Source: Planctomycetota bacterium (GTDB lineage Bacteria > Planctomycetota > GCA-002687715 > DRQF01). From it: a stretch of DNA of 53,822 bases. The stretch is from assembly GCA_036479435.1 (NCBI GenBank), contig JAZGFI010000198.1, forward strand, positions 1 through 53,822, written 5' to 3'. The position numbers were made by a program, and so were the translations under genes. Positions 32,020-42,040 of the stretch are shown here, one piece after another. Every line of letters starts with the position of its first letter. The stretch's first letter is position 1. Under the pieces are notes generated by a model, which saw only the letters and a list, made by a program, of their open reading frames with translations, was not told the DNA's origin and ran no database searches.

Positions 32020-32391
32020 ATGGCGAACAGAATCAAACATAAGCGCAACCGTTACGCGCGCCGCAAGATGTCGGTGCGCAAGGGTGTTTCCGGGACCTCG
32101 TCCCGACCCCGCATGACGGTGTTTCGAAGCGCTCGTCATATTTACGTGCAGGTCGTTAACGATCTCGAGGGCAAAACCCTCGTGTCCAGTTCGACGATGT
32201 GCAAGGACCTAAAGGCTTCCGTCAAACAGGGCGGCAACGTTGAGGCGGCGAAAGCCGTTGGCGTGGATATTGCCGAAAAGGCGAAAGCGGCGGGCATCGA
32301 AGCTGTCGTCTTCGATCGCAACGGATTCAGGTATCACGGACGTCTCCAGGCACTGGCAGACGCGGCACGTGAGAAGGGACTGAAGTTCTGA
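32020..32391 (+). CDS. rplR: 50S ribosomal protein L18
   Basis: 'RPRMTVFRS', '[12 protein letters not shown]'; start ATG 32020. Confidence 0.98.
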   Translation: MANRIKHKRNRYARRKMSVRKGVSGTSSRPRMTVFRSARHIYVQVVNDLEGKTLVSSSTMCKDLKASVKQGGNVEAAKAVGVDIAEKAKAAGIEAVVFDRNGFRYHGRLQALADAAREKGLKF

Positions 32392-33143
32392 TGGGCGACC
32401 AAGAAGAAAACAAAGACCAAGCCGCTGCGAGTACTCCTCCGGCAGCTGCCGCAGCAAGCCCCGCTGGATCTGGTGCCAAAGAAGGCGCTAAGACCGAAGG
32501 CGCTGCCCCAGCTGAAGGCGGCCGTGGTGGTCAACGCGGAGGCCAAGGCGGAAACCGCGGCGGGCAGGGCGGTAACCGCGGCGGAGGCCAAGGCGGCAAC
32601 CGCGGCGGAGGTCAAGGCGGTCGCGGAGGCCAAGGCGGTGGTCGCGGCCGCGGCGGTCGCAACGATCGCAATCAAGAGTCCAGTGAGTACAGCGAAACGG
32701 TCGTCAAGATCAACCGTTGTGCAGCCGTGGTGAAGGGCGGTCGTCGCTTTAGTTTTTCGGCTCTGGTCGTTTGCGGTGACGGCAAGGGACGAGTCGGAGT
32801 CGGTTTTGGCAAGGCCAAAGACGTCGCCGGCGCCGTCGAAAAAGGGACGAAGGATTCGCGCCGCAAGCTCGTCCGGGTGCCAATGGTCGGAACGACCATT
32901 CCTCACGAGATCACCGGGCGCTTCTCAGCATCGGTGGTGAAGTTGCGCCCTGCGCCCAAGGGTCGCGGCATCATTGGCTGTGCCGCGGTGCGGGCGATCA
33001 TGGAAGGGGCTGGAATCAGCGACATCGTCACGAAGTCGCTCGGCAACAACAACCCGATGAATTTGCTCAAAGCCACGATGGATGCCATTGGCCAGCTCCG
33101 CAGTAAAGAGCAGGTCGAAGCACTGCGGGGAGTCAAACTCTAA
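32391..33143 (+). CDS. rpsE: 30S ribosomal protein S5 with long low-complexity N-terminal extension
   Basis: '[23 protein letters not shown]'; start coupled to the rplR stop (TGATG). Confidence 0.97.
   Translation: MGDQEENKDQAAASTPPAAAAASPAGSGAKEGAKTEGAAPAEGGRGGQRGGQGGNRGGQGGNRGGGQGGNRGGGQGGRGGQGGGRGRGGRNDRNQESSEYSETVVKINRCAAVVKGGRRFSFSALVVCGDGKGRVGVGFGKAKDVAGAVEKGTKDSRRKLVRVPMVGTTIPHEITGRFSASVVKLRPAPKGRGIIGCAAVRAIMEGAGISDIVTKSLGNNNPMNLLKATMDAIGQLRSKEQVEALRGVKL
32517..32660 (+). repeat. Imperfect tandem repeat encoding GGQGGNRG units within rpsE
   Basis: Repeated GG(C/A)GGNCA(A/G)GGCGG(N)AACCGC units; translation [48 protein letters not shown]. Confidence 0.85.
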
Positions 33144-33598
33144 TGGACCTTTCCGATCTCAACGGAGTGCCGATGCGGCACTCAAAGAGAAAACGCGTCG
33201 GTCGCGGACCAGGCTCCGGCCAGGGCAAGACCGCCGGTCGCGGCACGAAGGGGCAGAAGTCCCGTTCGGGTTACAGCCGTCGTATTGGATTCGAAGGGGG
33301 GCAGATGCCCCTTTACCGTCGCTTGCCCAAAAAGGGTTTCACCAACGCGCTCTTCAAGGTGACCTATTCGATCATCAATACCGGCCAGCTCGAAGATTTC
33401 GAGTGTGAGTCGGGCAAGGTCGACATGGCGGTCCTCAAAGAGGCCGGTCTCATCAAGAAGAACTCCACGCGCTTGAAAATCCTGGGTAAAGGCGCGCTCT
33501 CGCGCAACGTCGAAGTTGAAGCCCATGCCTTCTCGTCATCTGCCAAGCAAATGATCGAAGACGCTGGGGGCACCGCCCGGGAGATCTCCGCGAAATGA
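33143..33598 (+). CDS. rplO: 50S ribosomal protein L15
   Basis: '[17 protein letters not shown]', '[14 protein letters not shown]'. Confidence 0.99.
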   Translation: MDLSDLNGVPMRHSKRKRVGRGPGSGQGKTAGRGTKGQKSRSGYSRRIGFEGGQMPLYRRLPKKGFTNALFKVTYSIINTGQLEDFECESGKVDMAVLKEAGLIKKNSTRLKILGKGALSRNVEVEAHAFSSSAKQMIEDAGGTAREISAK

Positions 33599-34944
33599 GC
33601 AGCACCTCCGCCTTCATGAACGTTTTCCGCCTGCCGGAACTGCGGAAGAAGGTCTGGATTACCATAGGCCTGCTTTTCATCTACCGCATTGGGTTTCACA
33701 TCCCTTTGCCGGGTGTCGACATTCGTGTCTTGCGCGGTTTTGCGGAGAAGGTCTCCGGCAACGATGTGCTCGGCTTGATGAATGTTCTGTCGGGTGGACA
33801 GCTGCAGCTCCCAGTGCTCTGTTCGCTCGGAATTCTGCCTTACATCACGGCGTCCATTATCTTCAGTCTGCTAGTCAAGGTTCTGCCCAGTCTTGAGGCG
33901 CTCTCAAAAGAGGGGCCTGCGGGACAACGCAAGATCAACCAGCTAACTCGAATGGCGACGGTACCGCTGTGCATCATCCAGGGAACCATTCTCTGCTTCA
34001 CGCAGTTTAAGAGTTTGGTTTCGAACGTCGAGGGGCAAAGCGTAAGCGCGGCGCTCGTGCCCGCATTGAGTGGTGATTCCGTGGCGAGCATGATGGGCGT
34101 TGCCTTCATGATCGTGGCGGGCTTGACCGCAGGGACCATGTTCGTGATGTGGCTCGGGGAACAAATCACCGAGTACGGCGTCGGCAACGGCGCTTCATTG
34201 ATCATCATGTCTGGAATCATCGCTGCCTTGCCATCGGCCGCCAGTCGGATCCTTTCCGATGCGGTCGATGACCGGAAGTACGTGTTGATCATTGCGATCT
34301 TGTTCCTCTGTTATATCGGAGTTGTGCTGGGCACGGTGATGATCACTAAGGGCCAGCGCCGCATTCCGATTCAACAGGCAAAGCTCATGAAGGGCCGGAA
34401 AATGGTGGGGGGTGCACGGCACTACCTGCCATTGAAAGTCAACATGGCGAACGTCATGCCGGTTATCTTTGCCTCGTCGTTGATCATGTTTCCCAACCTG
34501 ATCTACAACGCGCTCGGCAACCGCGACTCCCTGCTGCCCTACGGTGGATTTTTGTACACCGTGATCTTCGTCACCCTGATCTTCTTCTTCTCCTTCTTTT
34601 GGACGTCGATGATGTTCCAGCCGCAGGAGATGGCAAAGAACTTGCAGGAGCACGGCTCTTTCGTTCCGGGTATTCGACCCGGCCGCAAGACGGCTGACTA
34701 CCTTGAGAAGATCATGGTTCGTATCACCTTGGCGGGTGCCGCCTTCTTGTCGGTGATTGCGATCATTCCGACCCTGGTGGCGGGCACCCTAAACGTCGAC
34801 TTGCTAACGGCTAGCTTTCTTGGCGGCACGACAATCCTGATTGTCGTCGGTGTTGCTCTCGACTTGGTGGACAAGCTCAACGCGCAACTCATCGCTCGGA
34901 ATTACGAAGGATTCATGGGTGCCGGTTCGAAACGCAACCGCTAA
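33595..34944 (+). CDS. secY: Preprotein translocase subunit SecY
   Basis: 'LGILPYITASII', 'WLGEQITEYGVGNG', 'PGIRPG', 'GGTTILIVVGV'. Confidence 0.99.
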   Translation: MSSTSAFMNVFRLPELRKKVWITIGLLFIYRIGFHIPLPGVDIRVLRGFAEKVSGNDVLGLMNVLSGGQLQLPVLCSLGILPYITASIIFSLLVKVLPSLEALSKEGPAGQRKINQLTRMATVPLCIIQGTILCFTQFKSLVSNVEGQSVSAALVPALSGDSVASMMGVAFMIVAGLTAGTMFVMWLGEQITEYGVGNGASLIIMSGIIAALPSAASRILSDAVDDRKYVLIIAILFLCYIGVVLGTVMITKGQRRIPIQQAKLMKGRKMVGGARHYLPLKVNMANVMPVIFASSLIMFPNLIYNALGNRDSLLPYGGFLYTVIFVTLIFFFSFFWTSMMFQPQEMAKNLQEHGSFVPGIRPGRKTADYLEKIMVRITLAGAAFLSVIAIIPTLVAGTLNVDLLTASFLGGTTILIVVGVALDLVDKLNAQLIARNYEGFMGAGSKRNR

Positions 34945-34960
34945 GAGGATTGGCATCGCA

Positions 34961-35608
34961 ATGAATTTGGTGTTTCTCGGTGGTCCGGGCGCAGGAAAAG
35001 GTACTCAAGCCAAAGAGCTTGCCACCGAATACTCTTGGGCCCACATCTCGACCGGTGACCTGCTGCGCGGAGCGCTAGCGGCTGGAACTGAGTTAGGGAA
35101 AAAGGCCGAGGAGCATATGAGCCGAGGCACCTTGGTGCCGGATAACTTGATGTGCGACCTGGTGGCCGAACGGCTTGGTCAGGACGACTGCAAAGAGGGT
35201 TGGATTCTGGACGGCTTCCCGCGCACACATGTGCAGGCGGACGCCCTGAACAAGACTCTGAATGCGATGGAAATCGAACTCGACGCCGTGCTGTTTTTCA
35301 GCATCGACGAAGATGTCTTGGTGGAGCGTCTTACCGGGCGTCTCACCTGCAAGAATTGCGGTGCGATCTATCACCGCAAGAACATGCCCCCAGCCGTTGA
35401 GGGGGTATGCGATAGCTGCAAGGGTCCGCTTTATCAGCGTTCTGACGACAACGAGACCGCGGTTCGAAATCGCCTCGAAGTCTACAAGAACTTAACTGCT
35501 GACCTGGTAGCTTTTTATGAAGATGAAGACCTTCTAAGGCGCGTTGCTGCGGAAGGCACATTGGAAGAAGTCGCGACCAGGGTTGCAGCAGCCCTGGCGG
35601 ATTCTTAG
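34961..35608 (+). CDS. adk: Adenylate kinase (Zn-binding LID)
   Basis: 'GGPGAGKGTQA', 'HISTGDLLR', 'LDGFPRT', CKNC...CDSC; start ATG 34961. Confidence 0.98.
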   Translation: MNLVFLGGPGAGKGTQAKELATEYSWAHISTGDLLRGALAAGTELGKKAEEHMSRGTLVPDNLMCDLVAERLGQDDCKEGWILDGFPRTHVQADALNKTLNAMEIELDAVLFFSIDEDVLVERLTGRLTCKNCGAIYHRKNMPPAVEGVCDSCKGPLYQRSDDNETAVRNRLEVYKNLTADLVAFYEDEDLLRRVAAEGTLEEVATRVAAALADS

Positions 35609-35751
35609 ACTTTCGGCTCTCCCGGATTCGTGGGTAAGTTCCCACAAGATGCGTCTGGGGCTGAGCTTAGGAACATACATCTCGCCGATTAGGCGAGTCG
35701 AAGGAGGCCCTGGAGTGACTAGGGCATTCCGGGGGGACACGGGAGCGAACC

Positions 35752-35865
35752 ATGAAGGTCCGGGCATCAGTAAAACGCATGTGCGAGAATTGCAAGATCG
35801 TCCGTCGTAAAGGCGTCGTCTTCATTCTTTGCACGAACCCGCGACACAAGCAGCGCCAAGGCTAA
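35752..35865 (+). CDS. rpmJ: 50S ribosomal protein L36 (Zn-binding form), not in the ORF track
   Basis: [37 protein letters not shown] translated by hand. Confidence 0.98.
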   Translation: MKVRASVKRMCENCKIVRRKGVVFILCTNPRHKQRQG

Positions 35866-35886
35866 GGGCGCGAACGAGGATACAGC

Positions 35887-36255
35887 ATGCCACGCATTGC
35901 CGGAATCGACATTCCGAACGACAAAAACATCATCATTGCTCTGCGCTACGTCTACGGGATCGGCCCGAAGATCGCGGAGAGTATTCTTGCTGCAGTGAAC
36001 ATCCCGGGCGACCTCAAAGCCCGTGAGCTCAGCGAAGAAGATGTCACGCGTTTGAACAGCGAAATCGAAAGCAACCATGTCGTCGAAGGTCAACTTCGCC
36101 GTCAGGTGATTACCAATATTCAACGTCTGAAGGACATTCGCTCCTACCGAGGCCTGCGGCACATTCGCGGGCTTCCGGTGCGAGGTCAGCAAACTCAGGC
36201 CAATGCGCGTACCCGTAAGGGTCCCCGTCAGACCGTCGCCAACAAGAAGAAATAA
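35887..36255 (+). CDS. rpsM: 30S ribosomal protein S13
   Basis: '[10 protein letters not shown]', '[14 protein letters not shown]'. Confidence 0.99.
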   Translation: MPRIAGIDIPNDKNIIIALRYVYGIGPKIAESILAAVNIPGDLKARELSEEDVTRLNSEIESNHVVEGQLRRQVITNIQRLKDIRSYRGLRHIRGLPVRGQQTQANARTRKGPRQTVANKKK

Positions 36256-36260
36256 GCACG

Positions 36261-36641
36261 ATGGCCAAGGGCACAAAAAAGAAGATTCGCAAGAACGTCG
36301 TCAAGGGTGTGGCTCACATCCAGGCAACCTTCAACAACACGATTATCACGATTACCGACACGACCGGCGCAACTTTGTGCTGGGACAGTGCCGGATCGAT
36401 CGGCTACAAGGGCTCGCGTAAAAGCACGCCCTACGCCGCTCAGCGAGCCGGAGAACGCGTGGCCGAAAAAGCCCGCAAATTCGGTGTTCGCGAAGTGGAA
36501 GTCTGGATCAAGGGTCCGGGCTCTGGTCGTGAATCTGCGGTGCGGGCGCTCAAGGCGGCTGGCATCGACATCAAGGCGATTCAGGACGTGACACCGCAGC
36601 CTCACAATGGCTGCCGTCCGCCCAAGCGTCGACGGGTCTAG
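36261..36641 (+). CDS. rpsK: 30S ribosomal protein S11
   Basis: 'TFNNTI', 'KSTPYAAQ', '[12 protein letters not shown]'. Confidence 0.99.
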   Translation: MAKGTKKKIRKNVVKGVAHIQATFNNTIITITDTTGATLCWDSAGSIGYKGSRKSTPYAAQRAGERVAEKARKFGVREVEVWIKGPGSGRESAVRALKAAGIDIKAIQDVTPQPHNGCRPPKRRRV

Positions 36642-36787
36642 TCTAAGGCCTCTAAGAGTAAGACAAAGACAAGGTTTTGACGGCGCCGCGTGCCGAATGA
36701 ACCGCAATGAGACGGCCCTTAGGGGCGATACCAACCAACCAGCTTGACGGCGCGTGAGCGTCTCGAGCAGCAGTCGAGAAGATAATC

Positions 36788-37420
36788 ATGGCCAGGAACA
36801 CCGGACCCAAGTGTCGACTTTGCCGCCGAGAGGGCATGAAGCTCTTTCTTAAGGGCGAGCGTTGTCACACTGTCAAATGCGCCGTCGAGCGCCGTGGCAC
36901 GCCGCCCGGCATCCATACTTGGAGCCGTCAGCGCCGCTCCTCTTACGGGATGCAGTTGCGCGAGAAGCAGCGTCTGAAGCGTATGTACGGGGTCATGGAG
37001 CGCCAGTTTCGGACCTATTTCAAGCGTGCGAGTCAGCAAAAAGGCAACACCGGTGCGAACCTGTTGCTTGAGATCGAACGCCGCTTGGACAACGTTCTGC
37101 GCGCATCCGGTTTGGCACAGGGGCCCGCGGCTTCGCGCCAGACGATCGTCCATGGCAATACCTATCTGAATGGCCGTCGTTGCGACCGTCCTTCGGCCCA
37201 GGTCAAACCCGGCGATGTCATCACCCTGACGCTGCGTGAAAAGACTCGTAAGAACCTCTCTGCGCTCGCCGAGGCGACGCGTTCTTTTGTTTCCGAGACG
37301 CCGGAATGGCTTGAGGTCGATCGCGACAAGCTCGAGATCAAGGTGCTCAGCATGCCGACACGCGAACAGTTCCCGTTCCAGATCAACGAACTGCTCATCG
37401 TCGAAGGTATGTCTAAGTAA
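36788..37420 (+). CDS. rpsD: 30S ribosomal protein S4
   Basis: 'CRLCRREG.KLFLKGERC...KC', 'QLREKQ', 'ERRLDNV'. Confidence 0.98.
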   Translation: MARNTGPKCRLCRREGMKLFLKGERCHTVKCAVERRGTPPGIHTWSRQRRSSYGMQLREKQRLKRMYGVMERQFRTYFKRASQQKGNTGANLLLEIERRLDNVLRASGLAQGPAASRQTIVHGNTYLNGRRCDRPSAQVKPGDVITLTLREKTRKNLSALAEATRSFVSETPEWLEVDRDKLEIKVLSMPTREQFPFQINELLIVEGMSK

Positions 37421-37499
37421 GACGTCGTTTTTCGGGTTCGTCTGGCGCCATTGTGGTGGCTGACCGGGACCCGGAGCGCATTCCCGGAGGGAAAACTGC

Positions 37500-38549
37500 A
37501 TGCGAATTAGATGGCGGAATCTCGAACTCCCGAACCGTGTTTCGGTTGATCGTGACAGCGTTTCCGATACCTATGGCAAGTTTCTGATCGAACCGTTCGA
37601 GCGTGGCTTCGGCCACACGATTGGCAACGGTCTGCGTCGAGTCCTTTTGAGTTCCTTGGAAGGAACGTCAATCGTCTGGACGAAGATCGAGGGCGTGGAC
37701 CACGAGTTCACCGCCATCGACGATGTGGTCGAGGACGTCACCGATATCATCTTGAACCTCCAAGAGGTCCAGGTGAAACTCGAGGGTGACGGGCCGATCA
37801 CGATGAGCCTGAAGGCGACCAAGAAAGGTCCCGTCACGGCGGCGATGTTCGTGCCGAAAGGTGACGCCGATATCGTTAACCCCGATGCCCATATTCTGAC
37901 TTTGTCGAGGGATCGTGAACTCGATCTCGAGGTCGAAGTCCGCAAGGCTCGTGGTTATCTCACCGCCGAAGAGAACGAGCACGGCTCGATTCGCGGCGCG
38001 ACCACGACGGGACGCCGCGATATCGACCAAGAGATCGGTAAGATCTGGATGGATGCCACCTTTTCTCCGGTGCAGCGCGTGCGCTACCGGACCGAGGATA
38101 CTCGAGTCGGCAAGCTCACGGACTATGACAAATTGATCATCGAGATTTGGACGGACGGAACGACTCGTCCGGACAGCTCTTTGGTCGAAGCCAGCAAGGT
38201 CTACCGCAAGCACTTGAACCCCTTCATCTCTTACTCCGATGCGGGTGGGGATATGTCGACAACCAATGACGTTCCTGAGCCAGCTGAAGAGATGGCCCGG
38301 GCCGAGGTCGATGAGAAGGTCAAGAAGTTTGCGATGCCGATCGCCGAGATGAACCTCTCAGTGCGTTCGAATAACTGCCTTGAGGCAGAAGAGATCACGA
38401 CGGTGGGTGCCCTGGTGCACCGCACAGAATCGGAACTCTTGAACGTCCGCAACTTTGGCAAGACTTCGCTCAACGAGATCGTCGCTAAGCTGGAAGAGAT
38501 GGGCATGCACCTTGGGATGCAAGTGCCTCAATCAGCCCTGGCTGATTGA
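37500..38549 (+). CDS. rpoA: DNA-directed RNA polymerase subunit alpha
   Basis: 'EPFERGFGHTIGNGLRRVLLSS', 'LSVRSNNCL', 'RNFGKTSL'. Confidence 0.99.
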   Translation: MRIRWRNLELPNRVSVDRDSVSDTYGKFLIEPFERGFGHTIGNGLRRVLLSSLEGTSIVWTKIEGVDHEFTAIDDVVEDVTDIILNLQEVQVKLEGDGPITMSLKATKKGPVTAAMFVPKGDADIVNPDAHILTLSRDRELDLEVEVRKARGYLTAEENEHGSIRGATTTGRRDIDQEIGKIWMDATFSPVQRVRYRTEDTRVGKLTDYDKLIIEIWTDGTTRPDSSLVEASKVYRKHLNPFISYSDAGGDMSTTNDVPEPAEEMARAEVDEKVKKFAMPIAEMNLSVRSNNCLEAEEITTVGALVHRTESELLNVRNFGKTSLNEIVAKLEEMGMHLGMQVPQSALAD

Positions 38550-38657
38550 GACCTGCGATACTGAGCTAATAGGGCCCTCCTCGCGGGGGGCAAGAAAGTT
38601 ATCCTCCCCAAAGCAGGAGGATAAAAACATATAAGCAGAGCAGACTGGACTAAGACT

Positions 38658-39071
38658 ATGAGACACCGCGTCGCAGGACGGAAGCTGAACCGCAGCCCGT
38701 CGCATCGCAAAGCCCTGAGGCAGAACATGGCTTGCGCCATTCTTGAGCACGGTCGCATCGTTACGACCGTGACCAAGGCCAAAGAGATTCGCCCCTACAT
38801 CGAAAAACTGGTGACCTTGGGTAAGACCAAGAACGTGGCCAACGTTCGGCGGGCGGTGGCGAGACTGGGCAACAACAATCGCGCCAAAGAGCTCGCTCGT
38901 CACCTTTTCGATAACGTTTCGCCGACCATGAAGGATCGCCCCGGTGGCTACACTCGTATCCTTCGTTTGAGCGAGCGTCGTCTGGGCGACGGAAGTGAAA
39001 AGGCGATCATCGAATTCGTGAACTACAACCCGGCCGCAAAAGCCGAGGCGGCGGCCGCCGGAGACGAGTAA
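38658..39071 (+). CDS. rplQ: 50S ribosomal protein L17
   Basis: 'MRHRVAGRKLNR...HRKAL', 'RPGGYTRI'. Confidence 0.99.
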   Translation: MRHRVAGRKLNRSPSHRKALRQNMACAILEHGRIVTTVTKAKEIRPYIEKLVTLGKTKNVANVRRAVARLGNNNRAKELARHLFDNVSPTMKDRPGGYTRILRLSERRLGDGSEKAIIEFVNYNPAAKAEAAAAGDE

Positions 39072-39117
39072 TCGTTTCCGAGTTCGGTCCCTCCGGATGG
39101 ACGGGTGCACAGTGGAT

Positions 39118-39149
39118 AGGCGTCGGCGTTCTCGCCGTCGCCTTTTTTT
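39118..39149 (+). terminator. Intrinsic terminator at the end of the alpha operon
   Basis: AGGCGTCGGCG-TTCT-CGCCGTCGCCT followed by a T run. Confidence 0.8.
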
Positions 39150-39245
39150 CGGCAGTCATCTTGGTGCTAAAGTTGGCGCGTCCTGCGGGCAACTCGAATC
39201 GCCCACCCAATACTGCCGACGCCGAGTGAAACCGGAAAAAGACCA

Positions 39246-39992
39246 ATGGATAGCAAACGCGCGATCATCGTGGGCGCCTCATCCGGGATCGGGGCAGAGA
39301 TTGCCGTCGAGCTGGCCCGGCGGGGCTATCGATTGGCCTTGCTGGCGCGCCGCAGGGACTCCTTGCGAGCGGTGGCGGCGCGGTGCAACGAGACCGCCGG
39401 ATCCGAAGTCGCCACGATTCATGTGCACGACGTTTGCGAAACGGCTCAAGTACCGGGACTTTACCGCGGACTTGTTGATTCGCTCGGCGGTTTGGATCTC
39501 ATCGTCTATGCGGCAGGTATCATCGAAAAGGTCGGACCTAGCGAGTTTGATTTCGCAAAAGACGCTCCCGTGGTTCAGATCGGTTTGCTGGGCGCGATGG
39601 CGTGGTTGAACGAAGCCGCGCGCAACTTTGAAGAGCAGGGCAAAGGCAAGATCTGCGCGATCTCGTCGATCGCTGGCGATCGCGGCCGCTGCGCCTACCC
39701 GTCCTACCATGTCGCTAAGGCGGGATTGACGACTTACCTGGAGTCCCTCCGCAACCGATTGGCGACCAAAGGCGTAACGGTCACCACGATCAAGCCAGGT
39801 TTCGTCGACACGACGATGACCAAAGGCATGGATGGGCTGTTCTGGGTCATTTCGCCAGAGAAAGCCGCTCAGACCATTGTCAAACACATCGAAAACGGCG
39901 CACAGACCAAATACGTTCCCGCGCGTTGGGGCTTGGTGGCTGCCGTCATCAAGAACATTCCGTCCTTTGTCTTTCGCCGCATGAAGATCTGA
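39246..39992 (+). CDS. SDR oxidoreductase, DprE2-like
   Basis: 'GASSGIG', 'SSIAGDRGR', YxxxK 'YHVAK', 'KPGFVDT.MT'; adjacent to a DprE1-like gene. Confidence 0.8.
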   Translation: MDSKRAIIVGASSGIGAEIAVELARRGYRLALLARRRDSLRAVAARCNETAGSEVATIHVHDVCETAQVPGLYRGLVDSLGGLDLIVYAAGIIEKVGPSEFDFAKDAPVVQIGLLGAMAWLNEAARNFEEQGKGKICAISSIAGDRGRCAYPSYHVAKAGLTTYLESLRNRLATKGVTVTTIKPGFVDTTMTKGMDGLFWVISPEKAAQTIVKHIENGAQTKYVPARWGLVAAVIKNIPSFVFRRMKI

Positions 39993-39999
39993 TCCGCTC

Positions 40000-41418
40000 G
40001 TGACGTCGCCGACGATCAAACTTGAGACCGTCAACTCTTGGGGCATGGTGCAGAAAGCGCGCTGTGACTTACGGCAACCGCGAGACGTGGACGCCTTGCG
40101 TGGAATGTTCGAACAAGCCCGTCGGCAGGGGAGAACGATCGGTCTGCGGGGAGCGGGCCGTTCCTACGGCGACGCTGCTCTCAACGATGGTGGGTTGCTG
40201 CTCGACTTGACTGAGCTCAACCGCCTTTCGTCTTTCGATCCCTCCTCCGGTGTCTTAGTTGGCGAACCGGGTGTCACCTTGCGCCAGTGTTGGCGTGAGA
40301 TGGTCCCTCAAGGCCATTGGCCAGCCGTGGTCTCGGGCACGATGAAGACGACGCTGGGCGGCGGTGCCTCCATGAACATTCACGGCAAGAACAACTACTG
40401 TGCCGGGTCGTTTGGGGAGTACCTGGAGTCCTTTGAAATCTTGCTTCCCACGGGCGAAGAACTCCGCTGCTCGCGAGACGAGAATGCCGACTTGTTCTTT
40501 GGGGCAATCGGCGGCTTTGGGATGCTCGGTTGTTTTACTTCGTTGACCATGCGCGCCAAGCAGGTGGAGTCGGGGAGGGTGGAGGTAAGGCCTCACGCCA
40601 CGTCGAGTTTTGCAGAGACTTTGGAACTCTACGACGCCCTGGCACCCCAGGCCGACTACCTCGTTGGCTGGCATGATGGCTTGAGCACGGGCGCCAAGCG
40701 GGGCCGAGGCCTGGTCCACGAAGCGCGGCACCTAAGTGCTGATGAGGATCGTGAGGCTGAGTCCAGCATGGCATTGGACCGGCAAGACTTGCCCACTCGG
40801 ATGTTCGGCGTGATGCCGAAATCATGGTTGTGGATGGGCCTGTGGTGTTTTTTGAACCGACCCGGTATGCGCTTGGTGAACGCGATGAAATTTTGGAGCG
40901 GATCCCGGCAAGCCCAAGGAGATCCCTATCGTCAGGCCCATGCGGCCTATCACTTCCTCCTCGACTATGTTCCCCATTGGAAGTGGGCTTACCGTCCCGG
41001 TGGTCTAATTCAGTTTCAGGCCTTTGTGCCGCGCGAAAAGGCGGCCTCGACTTTCGACGATTTGCTCGAAACGATGCACGCGCATGGTATTCCGCCCTAC
41101 CTTTGCGTCAGCAAAAAGCACCGGCAAGATCCATTTTTGATGACCCATGCTGTGGACGGCTATTCGTTGGCGCTGGACATCAAGGTGTCCGATTCTAATC
41201 GAGAGCGTGTTTGGGCTCTCACCGAAGAGCTCGAAGAGCAGGTCTTGTCCGCACAAGGCCGGTTTTACTTTGCCAAGGACTCGGTGCTTCGGCCGCGCAA
41301 CCTAACGCGCATGTATCGACCGGAAACACTCGATGCTTTTGTTGCGCTCAAAAGACGTTGTGATCCCGAAGTGATGCTCCAGACCGACTTGTATCGGCGC
41401 ATTTTTTCTCAGTCTTAG
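40000..41418 (+). CDS. FAD-binding oxidoreductase, DprE1-like
   Basis: 'GAGRSYGDAALN', 'IHGKN', 'GRFYFAKDS', 'DP......DL.RR'; GTG start. Confidence 0.82.
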   Translation: MTSPTIKLETVNSWGMVQKARCDLRQPRDVDALRGMFEQARRQGRTIGLRGAGRSYGDAALNDGGLLLDLTELNRLSSFDPSSGVLVGEPGVTLRQCWREMVPQGHWPAVVSGTMKTTLGGGASMNIHGKNNYCAGSFGEYLESFEILLPTGEELRCSRDENADLFFGAIGGFGMLGCFTSLTMRAKQVESGRVEVRPHATSSFAETLELYDALAPQADYLVGWHDGLSTGAKRGRGLVHEARHLSADEDREAESSMALDRQDLPTRMFGVMPKSWLWMGLWCFLNRPGMRLVNAMKFWSGSRQAQGDPYRQAHAAYHFLLDYVPHWKWAYRPGGLIQFQAFVPREKAASTFDDLLETMHAHGIPPYLCVSKKHRQDPFLMTHAVDGYSLALDIKVSDSNRERVWALTEELEEQVLSAQGRFYFAKDSVLRPRNLTRMYRPETLDAFVALKRRCDPEVMLQTDLYRRIFSQS

Positions 41419-41595
41419 TCTTCGTTCGACAAGCTGTACAAGCGATCAGTCTTAAGCCCTGGCCGTGGGGCGATCAAAGAAACTTAGATTGTTTTGGGCG
41501 GTCCACGCAGTTCTGTAGAGTGCGTACACCCAGCACCGTTTTCCCCAGAACATCATCGCCAGTTTCGCGACCCACCGCTGGGAGCCTTTTGTTTT

Positions 41596-41904
41596 ATGTC
41601 GATTAGAAGTACCTGCAATGTTTGTGGTTCCGGTCTCGTGTTCGAGGAAGACGCGGTCGGTGGCAAGATCGAGTGCGGTCACTGCCATTCCATTCATCGC
41701 GTTCGCGCGAAAGAAGGGGGTGGTCTTGAACTCCGCACCTTGATTGAGAGTTTGGATTTTGACCCCGTCGAAGTCGCCCAGGAAGCGACAACTTCAGAGT
41801 CAGGAACTCCGAAGATCAAATTGAAAACCTGGAAAGACAAAGTTCGGGAAGAAGGTAGCGAAAAGTCTCCGACGCTGAGTCGGCGGACGCGCAGTCGACG
41901 CTAG
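41596..41904 (+). CDS. Small Zn-ribbon protein (CxxC...CxxC) with charged tail
   Basis: 'CNVC...CGHC' at the N-terminus; ATG 41596 preceded by GGAG. Confidence 0.65.
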   Translation: MSIRSTCNVCGSGLVFEEDAVGGKIECGHCHSIHRVRAKEGGGLELRTLIESLDFDPVEVAQEATTSESGTPKIKLKTWKDKVREEGSEKSPTLSRRTRSRR

Positions 41905-41991
41905 CCTCTTCCATTTTCCGGGCCGCTGCATCTCCTTTAGGCAGCGCCTTTAAAGGCGACGTACGAGCCATGAGGCCATGTGGCCAACCCG

Positions 41992-42040
41992 CAAAAAGAT
42001 GAGCCCGCAGTGGTATCCCCTCTGCGGGCTCATCTTTTTG
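41992..42040. terminator. Perfect 19-bp inverted repeat, probable bidirectional terminator
   Basis: CAAAAAGATGAGCCCGCAG-N11-CTGCGGGCTCATCTTTTTG. Confidence 0.8.

Noticed and set aside
32517..32660. Tandem repeat as a CRISPR array or non-coding VNTR
   Set aside because: In-frame coding low-complexity repeat without unique spacers
33143..33143. Absence of rpmD (L30) between rpsE and rplO
   Set aside because: L30 loss is already known in several phyla including PVC bacteria; not novel
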